Source: a virus. From it: a stretch of 33,897 bases of DNA. Positions within the stretch are counted from its first letter, which is position 1. Every line of letters starts with the position of its first letter. The stretch lies in the IMG/VR virus record IMGVR_UViG_3300044712_000063, positions 1 to 33,897 of that record; one strand, 5' to 3'. Positions 1 through 8,294 of the stretch are shown here, piece after piece. A model generated the notes under the pieces. The model saw only the letters and a program-made list of their open reading frames with translations, ran no database searches and had not been told where the DNA came from. The translations under genes and the position numbers were made by a program.

Positions 1-127
1 AATACTATTTCAACTATCATCAGCAATCTGATTGACATTTTCATCAGTGTCACATCAGAGGTAGGCAAAAGCACAAACGGATTTGAGGCACTAGGAAAGG
101 TGCTAGGCGGAATACTTACACTAGCCA
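1..127. repeat. Left copy of an exact 127-nt terminal direct repeat (identical to 33771..33897); most likely a circular-assembly overlap
   Basis: Compared by eye: bases 1-127 equal 33771-33897. An open reading frame runs through the junction in phase. Confidence 0.95.
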
Positions 128-1758
128 TCACACCATTAAAGGCTGCATTCTTTGGTATCAAGTTAGTCATCAAAGAGATTCAGCTAGCCTGGGAACAATC
201 ACCATTTGGGAATAAGGATCAGACTGTCATCAAGGAATTGACAGCTAGTATTGATGAGACAAAAGCAAGCCTATCAGAAACAGGCAAAAATGCTGTAGCA
301 GCTGGAAAGGATATATACAACAATTTCAGTGAGGCGGCATCATCAGTGGTAGAGGTAGTCAGTAAGACTGTAGACAAGGCCAGCAAAATGAATGTGGCTG
401 CAATCTATGAGCAGTCAAAAGCTACCATTGCCCTACAGAATCAGGCAAAGATTGCTGCTGCACAGTTAGCAGGTTTGGTTGAAAAATATGATAGACAGGC
501 TGAACAGCTTAGACAGATTAGAGATGATGAGTTCAAAAGCATTGATGAAAGGATAGCAGCAAATGCTGAACTGGGCAAAGTATTAGATCAGCAGGAAAAA
601 GCACAGAAAGCCCTGGCACAGCAAAAGGTGGCAGCAGCTGCTGCTGAATTATCACAGAACAAACAGTCAGTAGAATTACAGGCTGCATTGATAGAGGCAC
701 AAAATGAAGTGGCAGCAGTAGAGGCACAGGTGGCAGGTTTAAGATCTGAGCAATTAGTGAATGCAACTGCATTGACAAAGGAAAAGCTAGCCCTGGATCA
801 ATCTATTGCAGCTAGTGAAAATAAACTACTGGTAGATCGTAAAAAGGCAAATGCTGAATTGATCAAAGATGAGATCATAAAACTAGAAACACAAAAGCAG
901 ATTGCAAAAGAGGAAGCTGATCTAGAACTAGCCAGGCTACAGCAAAACATAGACAATACAAACAAAGGCACACAGGCTAGGGTGGATGCTGAGATTGCCT
1001 ATGCTGAAAAGAAACAGGAAATAGATCTGTCACTTGAATCATTCGAAAATCAGATAGCAGTTGCAAAATATACTAGAGAAATTGAGGATCTAGACAGATT
1101 GCAGACAGCTAGAGGTGTAGAGTATGAAGCTAGACTAGCAGCACTAGATGCAGAGCAGGTACTAGTGCAAGAGGCATTTGACAATAAGCTGATCACTGAA
1201 AAGGAATACAATGACAAAGTAAAATCATTGACTGATCAGAGAATAGCATACCAGGATGCAGAATTACAGGCAAAAATACAGTTTGCAAATGCTATAGGCG
1301 GTGTATTTGCAGGATTGTCAGGTTTGTTTGAGCAAGGCACTACAGCTGCAAAGGTAGCAGGACTGGCAGAGATTGCAATAGGTACTGGTGTGGGATATAT
1401 TCAGGGCTTAGACATTGCTCAAAAGTCTGCAAAGGCTACAGGGCCAGGTGCTGCATTTGCATTTCCGATTTTCTATGCTACACAGGTGGCTGCTGTATTA
1501 GGTGCTGCTGCTAAGGCAAAGCAGATCCTGACACAGGTAAAAGGTGGAGGCGGTGGAGGTGCTACACCTACAGCACCATCATTGGCAGCTGCACCAGTAG
1601 TGCCTGCATCACCAATTCAGAACACAGTGACACAGCTAGATAGTAATACAGTCAATCAGCTAGGATCTGCTACAAACAGAGCCTATGTACTAGAAACAGA
1701 TGTGACAAACAGCCAGGAAAGGATCACTAGAATAAACAGAGCAGCACGATTAACATAA
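1..1758 (+). CDS. Tape-measure-like protein, C-terminal part. The gene starts at 33501 and crosses the circular junction; the full gene is 2028 nt / 675 aa.
   Basis: Frame 1 is open from base 1 and in phase with 33501..33897 once 33771 is equated with 1. The protein has long Ala/Gln/Glu/Lys coiled-coil stretches, a Gly/Ala hydrophobic segment and a GGGGG tract. The track start at 100 (GTG) is an artefact of the linear window. Confidence 0.75.
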   Translation, partial: NTISTIISNLIDIFISVTSEVGKSTNGFEALGKVLGGILTLAITPLKAAFFGIKLVIKEIQLAWEQSPFGNKDQTVIKELTASIDETKASLSETGKNAVAAGKDIYNNFSEAASSVVEVVSKTVDKASKMNVAAIYEQSKATIALQNQAKIAAAQLAGLVEKYDRQAEQLRQIRDDEFKSIDERIAANAELGKVLDQQEKAQKALAQQKVAAAAAELSQNKQSVELQAALIEAQNEVAAVEAQVAGLRSEQLVNATALTKEKLALDQSIAASENKLLVDRKKANAELIKDEIIKLETQKQIAKEEADLELARLQQNIDNTNKGTQARVDAEIAYAEKKQEIDLSLESFENQIAVAKYTREIEDLDRLQTARGVEYEARLAALDAEQVLVQEAFDNKLITEKEYNDKVKSLTDQRIAYQDAELQAKIQFANAIGGVFAGLSGLFEQGTTAAKVAGLAEIAIGTGVGYIQGLDIAQKSAKATGPGAAFAFPIFYATQVAAVLGAAAKAKQILTQVKGGGGGGATPTAPSLAAAPVVPASPIQNTVTQLDSNTVNQLGSATNRAYVLETDVTNSQERITRINRAARLT

Positions 1759-1770
1759 AAACATTAAAAC

Positions 1771-2376
1771 ATGGAAAGAAAATTACCAATTTACAATTTA
1801 GAGATTCTGTCTGATGTAGACAGTGACATGGAGGTAGACTATGTGGCACTGGTAGACAGGCCTGCAATAGACAAAAACTTTTTAGCATTCAATCAAAACA
1901 ATGTACAACTATCATTTGCCATCCAGGATGAGGATGAGCAGATCATCACAGGTGCATTGATGCTGGCTGACAAACCTATCTATAGAAATGATGAGAATGG
2001 TGAATACTATGTAGTGTTCACAAAAGACACTATCAAACGAATAGCACAAAAGTTTTTTGCTAAGGGTTACCAATCAAATGTCAATCTAATGCATGACAGT
2101 GGTCAGCAGTTACAAGGTTTGACAATGTTTGAATCATGGATCACTGACAGCAAAAGAGGCATCCAGGCTATGAAAGGATTTGAGGATGTACCTGATGGCA
2201 GCTGGTTTGGATCATTCAAAGTAGACAATCCTGAGGTATGGAAAATGATCAAAGATGGCAAAGTCAGAGGATTTTCAGTTGAGGGCTTATTCAGTTACAA
2301 AAAAGCTGACATGCAAGCAGAACAGGTACAGGATCTATGGTCACAGATCCAGGACATTCTTAGTCAGGTGAAATAA
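1771..2376 (+). CDS. Prohead serine protease, XkdF-like (Peptidase_S78_2 type)
   Basis: N-terminal '...YVALVDRPAIDKNF' and C-terminal 'GSWFGSFKVDNPEVWKMIKDGKVRGFSVEG' match the remembered XkdF family signature. It sits directly upstream of the scaffold and capsid genes. Confidence 0.8.
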   Translation: MERKLPIYNLEILSDVDSDMEVDYVALVDRPAIDKNFLAFNQNNVQLSFAIQDEDEQIITGALMLADKPIYRNDENGEYYVVFTKDTIKRIAQKFFAKGYQSNVNLMHDSGQQLQGLTMFESWITDSKRGIQAMKGFEDVPDGSWFGSFKVDNPEVWKMIKDGKVRGFSVEGLFSYKKADMQAEQVQDLWSQIQDILSQVK

Positions 2377-2382
2377 TGTAAA

Positions 2383-2411
2383 GGGGTAGCAATGACAGCT
2401 GCCCCTTTTTC
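2383..2411 (+). terminator. Rho-independent terminator-like hairpin
   Basis: GGGGTAGC (2383-2390) pairs with GCTGCCCC (2398-2405) with one G-U pair, followed by TTTTT. Confidence 0.6.
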
Positions 2412-2464
2412 TATGTGGTCACTTTGACATACACAAACTATTTATGGACTAAATAAGATATTAT

Positions 2465-3103
2465 ATGACACCATTAGAAGCTGTATTAAAGATCAAAGCA
2501 ATGTTTGAGCAAGCTGGGGCGAATTTCGCTGATCCTATTGTTCCTGCTGTTGATCCTGCTGCACCAGTTGCAGAGCCTGCTGTGATGCCTATTGAGGCAG
2601 CAAAAGAGTATGATTTGAAAGCTGGCGGAAAAGTAATGATTGACATGCTAGAAGTTGGCGGTTTAGTTACATTAGTAGATGAAGCTGGAAACACTGCACC
2701 TGCACCTGCTGGCGAACATGAGTTAGTAGATGGCACTATCATCATTTTAGATGAGACTGGCAAAATTTTAGAGATCAAATCTGCACAGGTAGAAGCACCT
2801 GAGGTAGAGATAGAGATCACTGCACCAGTAGAGCCTACAGAGGCAGAATTGAAAATCAAAGAATTGCAAGCTGCTATTGATGAATTGAAAAAAGATGCTG
2901 AAATGAAAAAGGCAATGATGTCTGCATCAGATGCAAAATTCAGCAAAGCCATCAGTGATTTATCAGATGTGATTGTAGGAATGATCAATACATCATCTGC
3001 AAATTCTACTGAAAATCCAAAAGATAAATTCAATCAGCATGTAGAAAGCAAGGATGAAAAAATGAAAAGATTTTTAGATTTAGCTAAGAATATAAACAAA
3101 TAA
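2465..3103 (+). CDS. Putative scaffolding protein
   Basis: Acidic, Ala/Pro/Glu-rich and helical, with no enzymatic motif. It lies between the protease and the capsid gene. Codon usage is TTA/GGT/GTA-rich like the capsid gene. Confidence 0.55.
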   Translation: MTPLEAVLKIKAMFEQAGANFADPIVPAVDPAAPVAEPAVMPIEAAKEYDLKAGGKVMIDMLEVGGLVTLVDEAGNTAPAPAGEHELVDGTIIILDETGKILEIKSAQVEAPEVEIEITAPVEPTEAELKIKELQAAIDELKKDAEMKKAMMSASDAKFSKAISDLSDVIVGMINTSSANSTENPKDKFNQHVESKDEKMKRFLDLAKNINK

Positions 3104-3135
3104 CAATTTTCTAAAACAAACAAAAAACAAATAAC

Positions 3136-4086
3136 ATGGCATTTGACGTATCAGCATTAGCTACATACACAAAGGAAAATCAAGACCTTTTAGTAGCATC
3201 ATCTGTATTAGGTAGCAAGACTGCTAGCTTAATCAAATCACAGGGCAATGTGATGGTAGGTGTGAAATCTAGCGAGAAGATTAACATCATGGACACTGAC
3301 GCATTCTTTCAGGATGGATCATCTTGCGGATTCAACGCATCAGGTACAACTACATTCACACAAAGAACAGTGACTGTAGGTAAAATTAAAGTGAATGAGG
3401 CTTTATGTCCAAAAGACTTAGAAAGAACTTATTTGCAAAAGGCTTTACCAGCAGGATCTAAATATGATTCAGTAGTATTTGCTGAGGAATATTCAACAAG
3501 AAAAACTGAAAAAATTGCTAGTCAATTAGAAATCGGTTTATGGCAGGGTGATACTTCATCTGCTGATGGTAATAAAAACAAATTTGATGGTGTTATCAAA
3601 TTAGCAACTGCTGCTGGCGGTGCTGTAGTAGATGCTAACACTAGCACATACTTCGGTAGTACTGCAACTGCAATCACTGCTGCAAATGTTATTGCTGTAT
3701 TTGATGCAGTATACAAAGCTATCCCAGCTGAGGTAGTAGCAAAAGATGACACAGCAATTTTCTGTGGTATGGATGTTTTCAGAACTTACACTATTGCATT
3801 AAAGAATGCAAACATGTTCAGCTATTCTTATGATGGCAAAGCTGATTCTGAGTTCGTATTGCCAGGTACATCAATCAAAGTGATTGCAGTACAAGGTTTA
3901 AATGGTACAAACAAAATCTATGCAATGAGAATTTCTAACTTATTCATTGGTACAGATTTATTGAATGAAGAAGAAAGATTTGAAATTTTCTATGCAAAAG
4001 AAGCTGATCAAGTTCGTTTTGTATCTGAGTTCAAAATGGGTGTAAACTTTGCATTCCCTGCGGAAATCGTAAAGTTCACAGTATAA
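3136..4086 (+). CDS. Major capsid protein (HK97-fold type inferred)
   Basis: 316 aa, placed after protease and scaffold, with a distinct codon usage suggestive of high expression. A strong terminator follows. The start context is AACAAATAACATGG. Confidence 0.75.
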   Translation: MAFDVSALATYTKENQDLLVASSVLGSKTASLIKSQGNVMVGVKSSEKINIMDTDAFFQDGSSCGFNASGTTTFTQRTVTVGKIKVNEALCPKDLERTYLQKALPAGSKYDSVVFAEEYSTRKTEKIASQLEIGLWQGDTSSADGNKNKFDGVIKLATAAGGAVVDANTSTYFGSTATAITAANVIAVFDAVYKAIPAEVVAKDDTAIFCGMDVFRTYTIALKNANMFSYSYDGKADSEFVLPGTSIKVIAVQGLNGTNKIYAMRISNLFIGTDLLNEEERFEIFYAKEADQVRFVSEFKMGVNFAFPAEIVKFTV

Positions 4087-4092
4087 TTATAC

Positions 4093-4125
4093 AGGGCAGG
4101 GATTGATTTTCCTGCCCTATTTTTA
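4093..4125 (+). terminator. Rho-independent terminator after the capsid gene
   Basis: AGGGCAGG (4093-4100) pairs with CCTGCCCT (4111-4118), loop 10 nt, then ATTTTT. Confidence 0.8.
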
Positions 4126-4147
4126 AAAAAAATAAAACATTCAAAAT

Positions 4148-4660
4148 ATGTCATGTGCATTAACACAGGGATATACACTAGATTGCAAGGATAGCATTGG
4201 CGGCATAAAAGCTGTTTGGTTTATTGCTGCTGGTGATGTTTCAGCAATTACTGAGGCATCAGGGGTAGTGACTGCTATCACTAAAGCATCTGGAAAAGTA
4301 TTCTATAAATATCAGCTTGTAAAGCAAAGCAGTTCATTGACTGAGAATGTGAACGCAAATGTGCAAAATGGCACAGTGTTCTATGCTCAGGAATTAGCTA
4401 TTGTATTAAATAAGATGCAGGCAAACACTAGAAATGAAATTCTATTGTTAGCTAAAAACAATTTGTTAGCTGTAGTAGAAGATGCGAACGGCAAATACTG
4501 GTTATTAGGAAAGAGTAACGGATTAGACCTTACTGCTGGATCTAGTGCAACTGGTACTGCTCAGGCAGATAGAAACGGCTACACATTGACATTCAGTGCT
4601 GGCGAAAAAGAATTAGCACCTGAGGTGACTAGTTCATTGATTGCAGGATTGACAGCGTAG
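4148..4660 (+). CDS. Abundant virion protein, putative major tail (tube) protein
   Basis: 170 aa, flanked by terminators on both sides, with codon usage like the capsid gene. The beta-rich pattern '...DANGKYWLLGKSNGLDL...ADRNGYTLTFSAGEKE' resembles siphovirus tail-tube proteins as I remember them. Confidence 0.45.
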   Translation: MSCALTQGYTLDCKDSIGGIKAVWFIAAGDVSAITEASGVVTAITKASGKVFYKYQLVKQSSSLTENVNANVQNGTVFYAQELAIVLNKMQANTRNEILLLAKNNLLAVVEDANGKYWLLGKSNGLDLTAGSSATGTAQADRNGYTLTFSAGEKELAPEVTSSLIAGLTA

Positions 4661-4692
4661 GCTTTCGTGGTTTTCAAATAGTAGGTAGTCGG

Positions 4693-4723
4693 CCAGTCTC
4701 TCAAAAGGAGGCTGGTTTTTTTT
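4693..4723 (+). terminator. Rho-independent terminator
   Basis: CCAGTCT (4693-4699) pairs with AGGCTGG (4709-4715) with one G-U pair, followed by T8. Confidence 0.7.
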
Positions 4724-4758
4724 GTGGTAAAAGTCAGTGTAGATGCTATTTATCATTG

Positions 4759-5136
4759 ATGATATATTTAAGAAAAGGGCATACAGATGATGTGATAGTA
4801 ACTTTGAAAGAAAAGCAAACACTATCTGCACCAAATTATCTATTCTATTTCAAACAAAGATCTAGCAATGATGTGGTGAAATTTGTGCTATTGAATGCAG
4901 CAGACACATCACAATACAAAGATAGATACAACAAATTCAGCATTAATGGTGTGACACATTTTTCTAATGAGTTAGCAGGTGAGTGGGAATACATGATCTA
5001 TGAACAGACCAGTACTACCAATCTAGATCCTGCCCTGGCTACTACTTTACTAGAAACAGGCATCATGAGATTGTCAGATACTGATAGTTTCAATTTCACT
5101 GAATATTCAACGAATAACACATTTATAGTAAGATAA
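4759..5136 (+). CDS. Hypothetical virion-module protein
   Basis: ORF in the structural operon. ATG at 4759 is preferred over the track's TTG at 4756. Its TAA overlaps the portal ATG (TAATG). Confidence 0.7.
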   Translation: MIYLRKGHTDDVIVTLKEKQTLSAPNYLFYFKQRSSNDVVKFVLLNAADTSQYKDRYNKFSINGVTHFSNELAGEWEYMIYEQTSTTNLDPALATTLLETGIMRLSDTDSFNFTEYSTNNTFIVR

Positions 5137-7160
5137 TGACAAACGATTTAGTAATATTGAATTTTGCTGAGGCTAGACAGCCTGAGTACAGAGAAAAAAA
5201 GGGCAGCGGATATATTGAGTTTGGTGAGAGAAATGACTATCCTGGCTACCTTTTAAGCCTATACAATAAGAGTGCAAAGCACAATGCTATTGTGAGAGGG
5301 AAAGTGAATTACATCATAGGAAATGGATGGGCTACAAAAGAGGCTGATCCAGCTGCTGAGGCTTTCATCAATAAGGTGAACAGCTTTGATGAATCATTGA
5401 ATGATTTGACTAGAAAAGTAGACATTGACATTGAGGTGTTTGGTGGGGCATACTTAGAGGTGATATGGTCAGAGTTTGGCGGTCAGCTTACTGAGATAGG
5501 TCACATTGACTACACAAAGATCAGATCAAACAAAGACAATACATCATTTTGGTACAAACAGGACTGGACAGATAGAAAGGAAAAGGAAATAGTATTACCT
5601 GCATTCAATACACAGAACAGACAAGGAAAGCAGATTTTATACATTAAGGAATACAGACCAGGTTTAGAAACTTATGCACTACCTGGCTACATGGGGGCAT
5701 TGAACTTTATTGAATCAGATATTGAGGTATCTAGACATGTACTAGGAAATGCTCAGACAGGGTTTTCTGCTAGTAAACTGATCACATTGCCAAATGGTGA
5801 GCCTACACCTGATGAAAAAAGAAACATTGAAAAAAGGTTTGAAAATAGATTCACTGGATCTGATGGCAAAAAGTTCATTCTATCATTTGTGCAGAATGCA
5901 GACAGAAAGCCTATAGTTGAAGATCTAGGGGCATCTGATTTGACAAAAGAGGATTTCAGCAGAGTAGATACAATGATCCAGCAGAACATTTTTGCAGGAC
6001 ATCAGATCACTACACCTGCATTGTTTGGTATCAGTGAGCCTGGCAAATTAGGCACTAGATCAGAGATGAGGGATGGCTATGAGATATTCAAAAACACCTA
6101 TGTAAATGATAAGCAGCAATTCTTAGAAAGCATTTTCAATATGCTAGCTAGATTGAAAGGTGTGACACAGGAACTGTACATTCAGCCTGTAGAGCCTATC
6201 AGTTTTGAGTTTAGTGAAAATATCATTGCACAGGTAGCACCAAAAGAATGGATCTTAGAAAAGATGGGTATTGATGCATCCAAATATTTACCAATGCCTG
6301 ATGGGACAGTAGCACCACAGGATCAGTCAGTGAATGAGCATTTGAAAGGATTGAAAGGCAGAGAGTGGCAGAACATGCAAAGGATCATAAGAGAATATAC
6401 AAAGGGAAAGATCACCAGGGATCAGGCTACAGCTATGCTAAAAGGTGGCTATGCTTTGAGTGATGATGAGGTGAACACATGGCTAGGCGAGGATGAACAG
6501 ACACAGGCTTTCAAATTTAGTGAGGATGATGTGATCAATATCTTTGCACAGTTTGGTGAGGATGAGGACAAATACAGTGTTTTAAAAAAAAAGAATGTTA
6601 AGTTCAATTCAGTAGAATCAATGGATGATGATGAGGTGATGTCTATGCAGTTTGCTGATATGGTATTGAGTGATCTAGAAAAAAATGTGATTGACTTAGT
6701 GACTAAGGATAAGAGGATCACACCTGAGGTTTTGGCTGAGGTGACATCTACTGAATTGGCAATCATCATCAATGTGATGGAAAGACTTGACAAGGCAGGC
6801 ATTTTAAAACAAAAGGTAGTAGGTGGAGTGATTGAAAGACAGCCAGTGAAACCATTGAGTAAATTGACACCAGGTGAGCCTGCACAGACTACAAATTTCA
6901 AAGTAGTTTACAAATATGACTGGGATTTTGAAAAACTTGCTAGAGTTGGTGCAGTGGCAGATTCTAGTACATCTAGATCATTTTGTAAAAGATTGATGGC
7001 ATTGAAAAAAGTCTATAGCAGATCAGACATTCAGGCTATCACAGCTAGACTAGGCTACAGTGTTTTTGATCGTAGAGGTGGATGGTGGACAATGCCTACA
7101 GGTGATCACAGCCCTAGCTGTAGACATACATGGGTGAGCAATATAGTAATTAAAAAATAA
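5136..7160 (+). CDS. Portal protein with a C-terminal MuF / SPP1 gp7-like head-morphogenesis domain (fusion)
   Basis: 674 aa in the head module. The N-terminal ~450 aa is portal-sized. An acidic linker follows, and the C-terminus 'SRSFCKRL...GGWWTMPTGDHSPSCRHTW' resembles the 'C...HPNCRC' end of MuF-family proteins. Confidence 0.6.
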   Translation: MTNDLVILNFAEARQPEYREKKGSGYIEFGERNDYPGYLLSLYNKSAKHNAIVRGKVNYIIGNGWATKEADPAAEAFINKVNSFDESLNDLTRKVDIDIEVFGGAYLEVIWSEFGGQLTEIGHIDYTKIRSNKDNTSFWYKQDWTDRKEKEIVLPAFNTQNRQGKQILYIKEYRPGLETYALPGYMGALNFIESDIEVSRHVLGNAQTGFSASKLITLPNGEPTPDEKRNIEKRFENRFTGSDGKKFILSFVQNADRKPIVEDLGASDLTKEDFSRVDTMIQQNIFAGHQITTPALFGISEPGKLGTRSEMRDGYEIFKNTYVNDKQQFLESIFNMLARLKGVTQELYIQPVEPISFEFSENIIAQVAPKEWILEKMGIDASKYLPMPDGTVAPQDQSVNEHLKGLKGREWQNMQRIIREYTKGKITRDQATAMLKGGYALSDDEVNTWLGEDEQTQAFKFSEDDVINIFAQFGEDEDKYSVLKKKNVKFNSVESMDDDEVMSMQFADMVLSDLEKNVIDLVTKDKRITPEVLAEVTSTELAIIINVMERLDKAGILKQKVVGGVIERQPVKPLSKLTPGEPAQTTNFKVVYKYDWDFEKLARVGAVADSSTSRSFCKRLMALKKVYSRSDIQAITARLGYSVFDRRGGWWTMPTGDHSPSCRHTWVSNIVIKK

Positions 7161-7165
7161 TAACA

Positions 7166-7759
7166 ATGAGCAGAAATATACTTTTTATTTCAGTAGATAC
7201 AATAAAGGAAAGAACAGGCCTGCATGCAAATGTGGATGAAAAATTGATACTGCCTGAGATCCTGACAGCACAGGACATGTACATATTGCCTGCACTGGGA
7301 ACTGGACTTTATGAAAGATTGCAGGATGGTGTGGCAGCAAATGATTTGACATCAAATGAATCTGATCTCATTGATAGATACATCACAAACTGCCTGGTAT
7401 ACTATGTCATGAGTGAGTTGCCTATGGGCTTATCATATCAGTTCTACAATAAAGGTGTAGTAAGAAAGAGCAGTGAAAATACTGATCTGCCATCTGCACA
7501 GGACATGATTGATGTGGCAGATAGATACAGATCTAGGGCTGAGTTCTACAAACAAAGACTAGTAAAATATTTAAAGCAGGCATCTACTAGTGTGATGTTT
7601 CCTTTGTATAACAATCCAGGAAACGGTGTAGATACGATCATACCTGACAATCAATCATACACTACTAGCATTTGGCTGGGTGATGATTGCTGTGAAAAGA
7701 ACATGACATTTGAGGAAAAATATCAAGGGAACATAAACAGATGCTGTGATGGCGAATAA
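7166..7759 (+). CDS. Hypothetical structural protein (possible head-tail adaptor)
   Basis: The ORF follows the portal gene. No motif recognised; the tail is Cys-rich (CCEK...RCCDGE). Confidence 0.7.
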   Translation: MSRNILFISVDTIKERTGLHANVDEKLILPEILTAQDMYILPALGTGLYERLQDGVAANDLTSNESDLIDRYITNCLVYYVMSELPMGLSYQFYNKGVVRKSSENTDLPSAQDMIDVADRYRSRAEFYKQRLVKYLKQASTSVMFPLYNNPGNGVDTIIPDNQSYTTSIWLGDDCCEKNMTFEEKYQGNINRCCDGE

Positions 7760-7818
7760 AACATATAGTAGAAAAAATCAGGATAAGTTGAAAATTTATC
7801 TAGAAAAACAAACAAAAA

Positions 7819-8280
7819 ATGGCAGCAAAAACATTGACACTAAACCAAATAGTAAAACAGGTAAAAGCAATAGCAGAGGCACATCAGCAAATTAATACTG
7901 TTTATTTTGGTGACTTTGATGAGTTTCTAGGTGAGAGTGCTGACAATATCTATCCAGCAATGTACTTTGATGTAGTGCCTAGCAATATATCTACTAGAAC
8001 ATTGACATTGAATTTCACTTTGTATTTCTTTGATCGTATGCTACCTGAAAAGGTGAATGAGACTGAGGGACTGAGTGATATGCTATCTGTAGCACAGGAC
8101 ATCATTGCACAGCTTATGTTCAATGAATTTGAATTTGAAATGAGTACTAGTGTGAATTTGACACCTATCACAGAGGACACACCTGACAATTTAGTAGCAT
8201 GGAAAGCTGACATCAGCCTGAATTTACCATTTACATCTGATAGATGTCAAGTACCAACAAACTACCAATATCCTGAATAA
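7819..8280 (+). CDS. Hypothetical structural protein (possible neck / head-completion protein)
   Basis: ORF between the adaptor-like gene and the tail fibre. The call is positional only. Confidence 0.65.
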   Translation: MAAKTLTLNQIVKQVKAIAEAHQQINTVYFGDFDEFLGESADNIYPAMYFDVVPSNISTRTLTLNFTLYFFDRMLPEKVNETEGLSDMLSVAQDIIAQLMFNEFEFEMSTSVNLTPITEDTPDNLVAWKADISLNLPFTSDRCQVPTNYQYPE

Positions 8281-8294
8281 ACCTATTTATAAAC

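Noticed and set aside
100-1758. GTG at position 100 as the start of the 552-aa ORF
   Set aside because: The frame is open from base 1 and continues from 33501 across the circular junction, so position 100 is simply the first start-like codon in the linearised window.
2461-3033. 190-aa ORF on the minus strand, antisense to the scaffold gene
   Set aside because: It lies wholly inside a well-supported + strand gene. Its product is low-complexity Ser/Ala/Thr-rich, the typical antisense shadow of GCN/GAN-rich coding sequence. Every supported gene in this genome is on the + strand.
4634-4834. 66-aa minus-strand ORF spanning the 4661-4755 intergenic region
   Set aside because: It crosses a + strand terminator hairpin and the starts and ends of two + strand genes. 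Nothing supports expression from the minus strand.
6449-6901. 150-aa minus-strand ORF inside the portal gene. The same reasoning applies to 533..778, 3522..3752, 5753..5989, 7950..8213, 8714..9133, 11293..11820, 11790..12086, 12391..12663, 13883..14101, 14236..14517, 14651..14893, 14992..15249, 16751..17017, 20004..20540, 25059..25638, 25949..26194, 26738..27098, 28984..29220, 30052..30417, 30634..30891, 32670..32873 and 33455..33688.
   Set aside because: All are antisense shadows embedded in + strand genes, Ser/Leu/Cys/Phe-rich, without their own start context or intergenic space.
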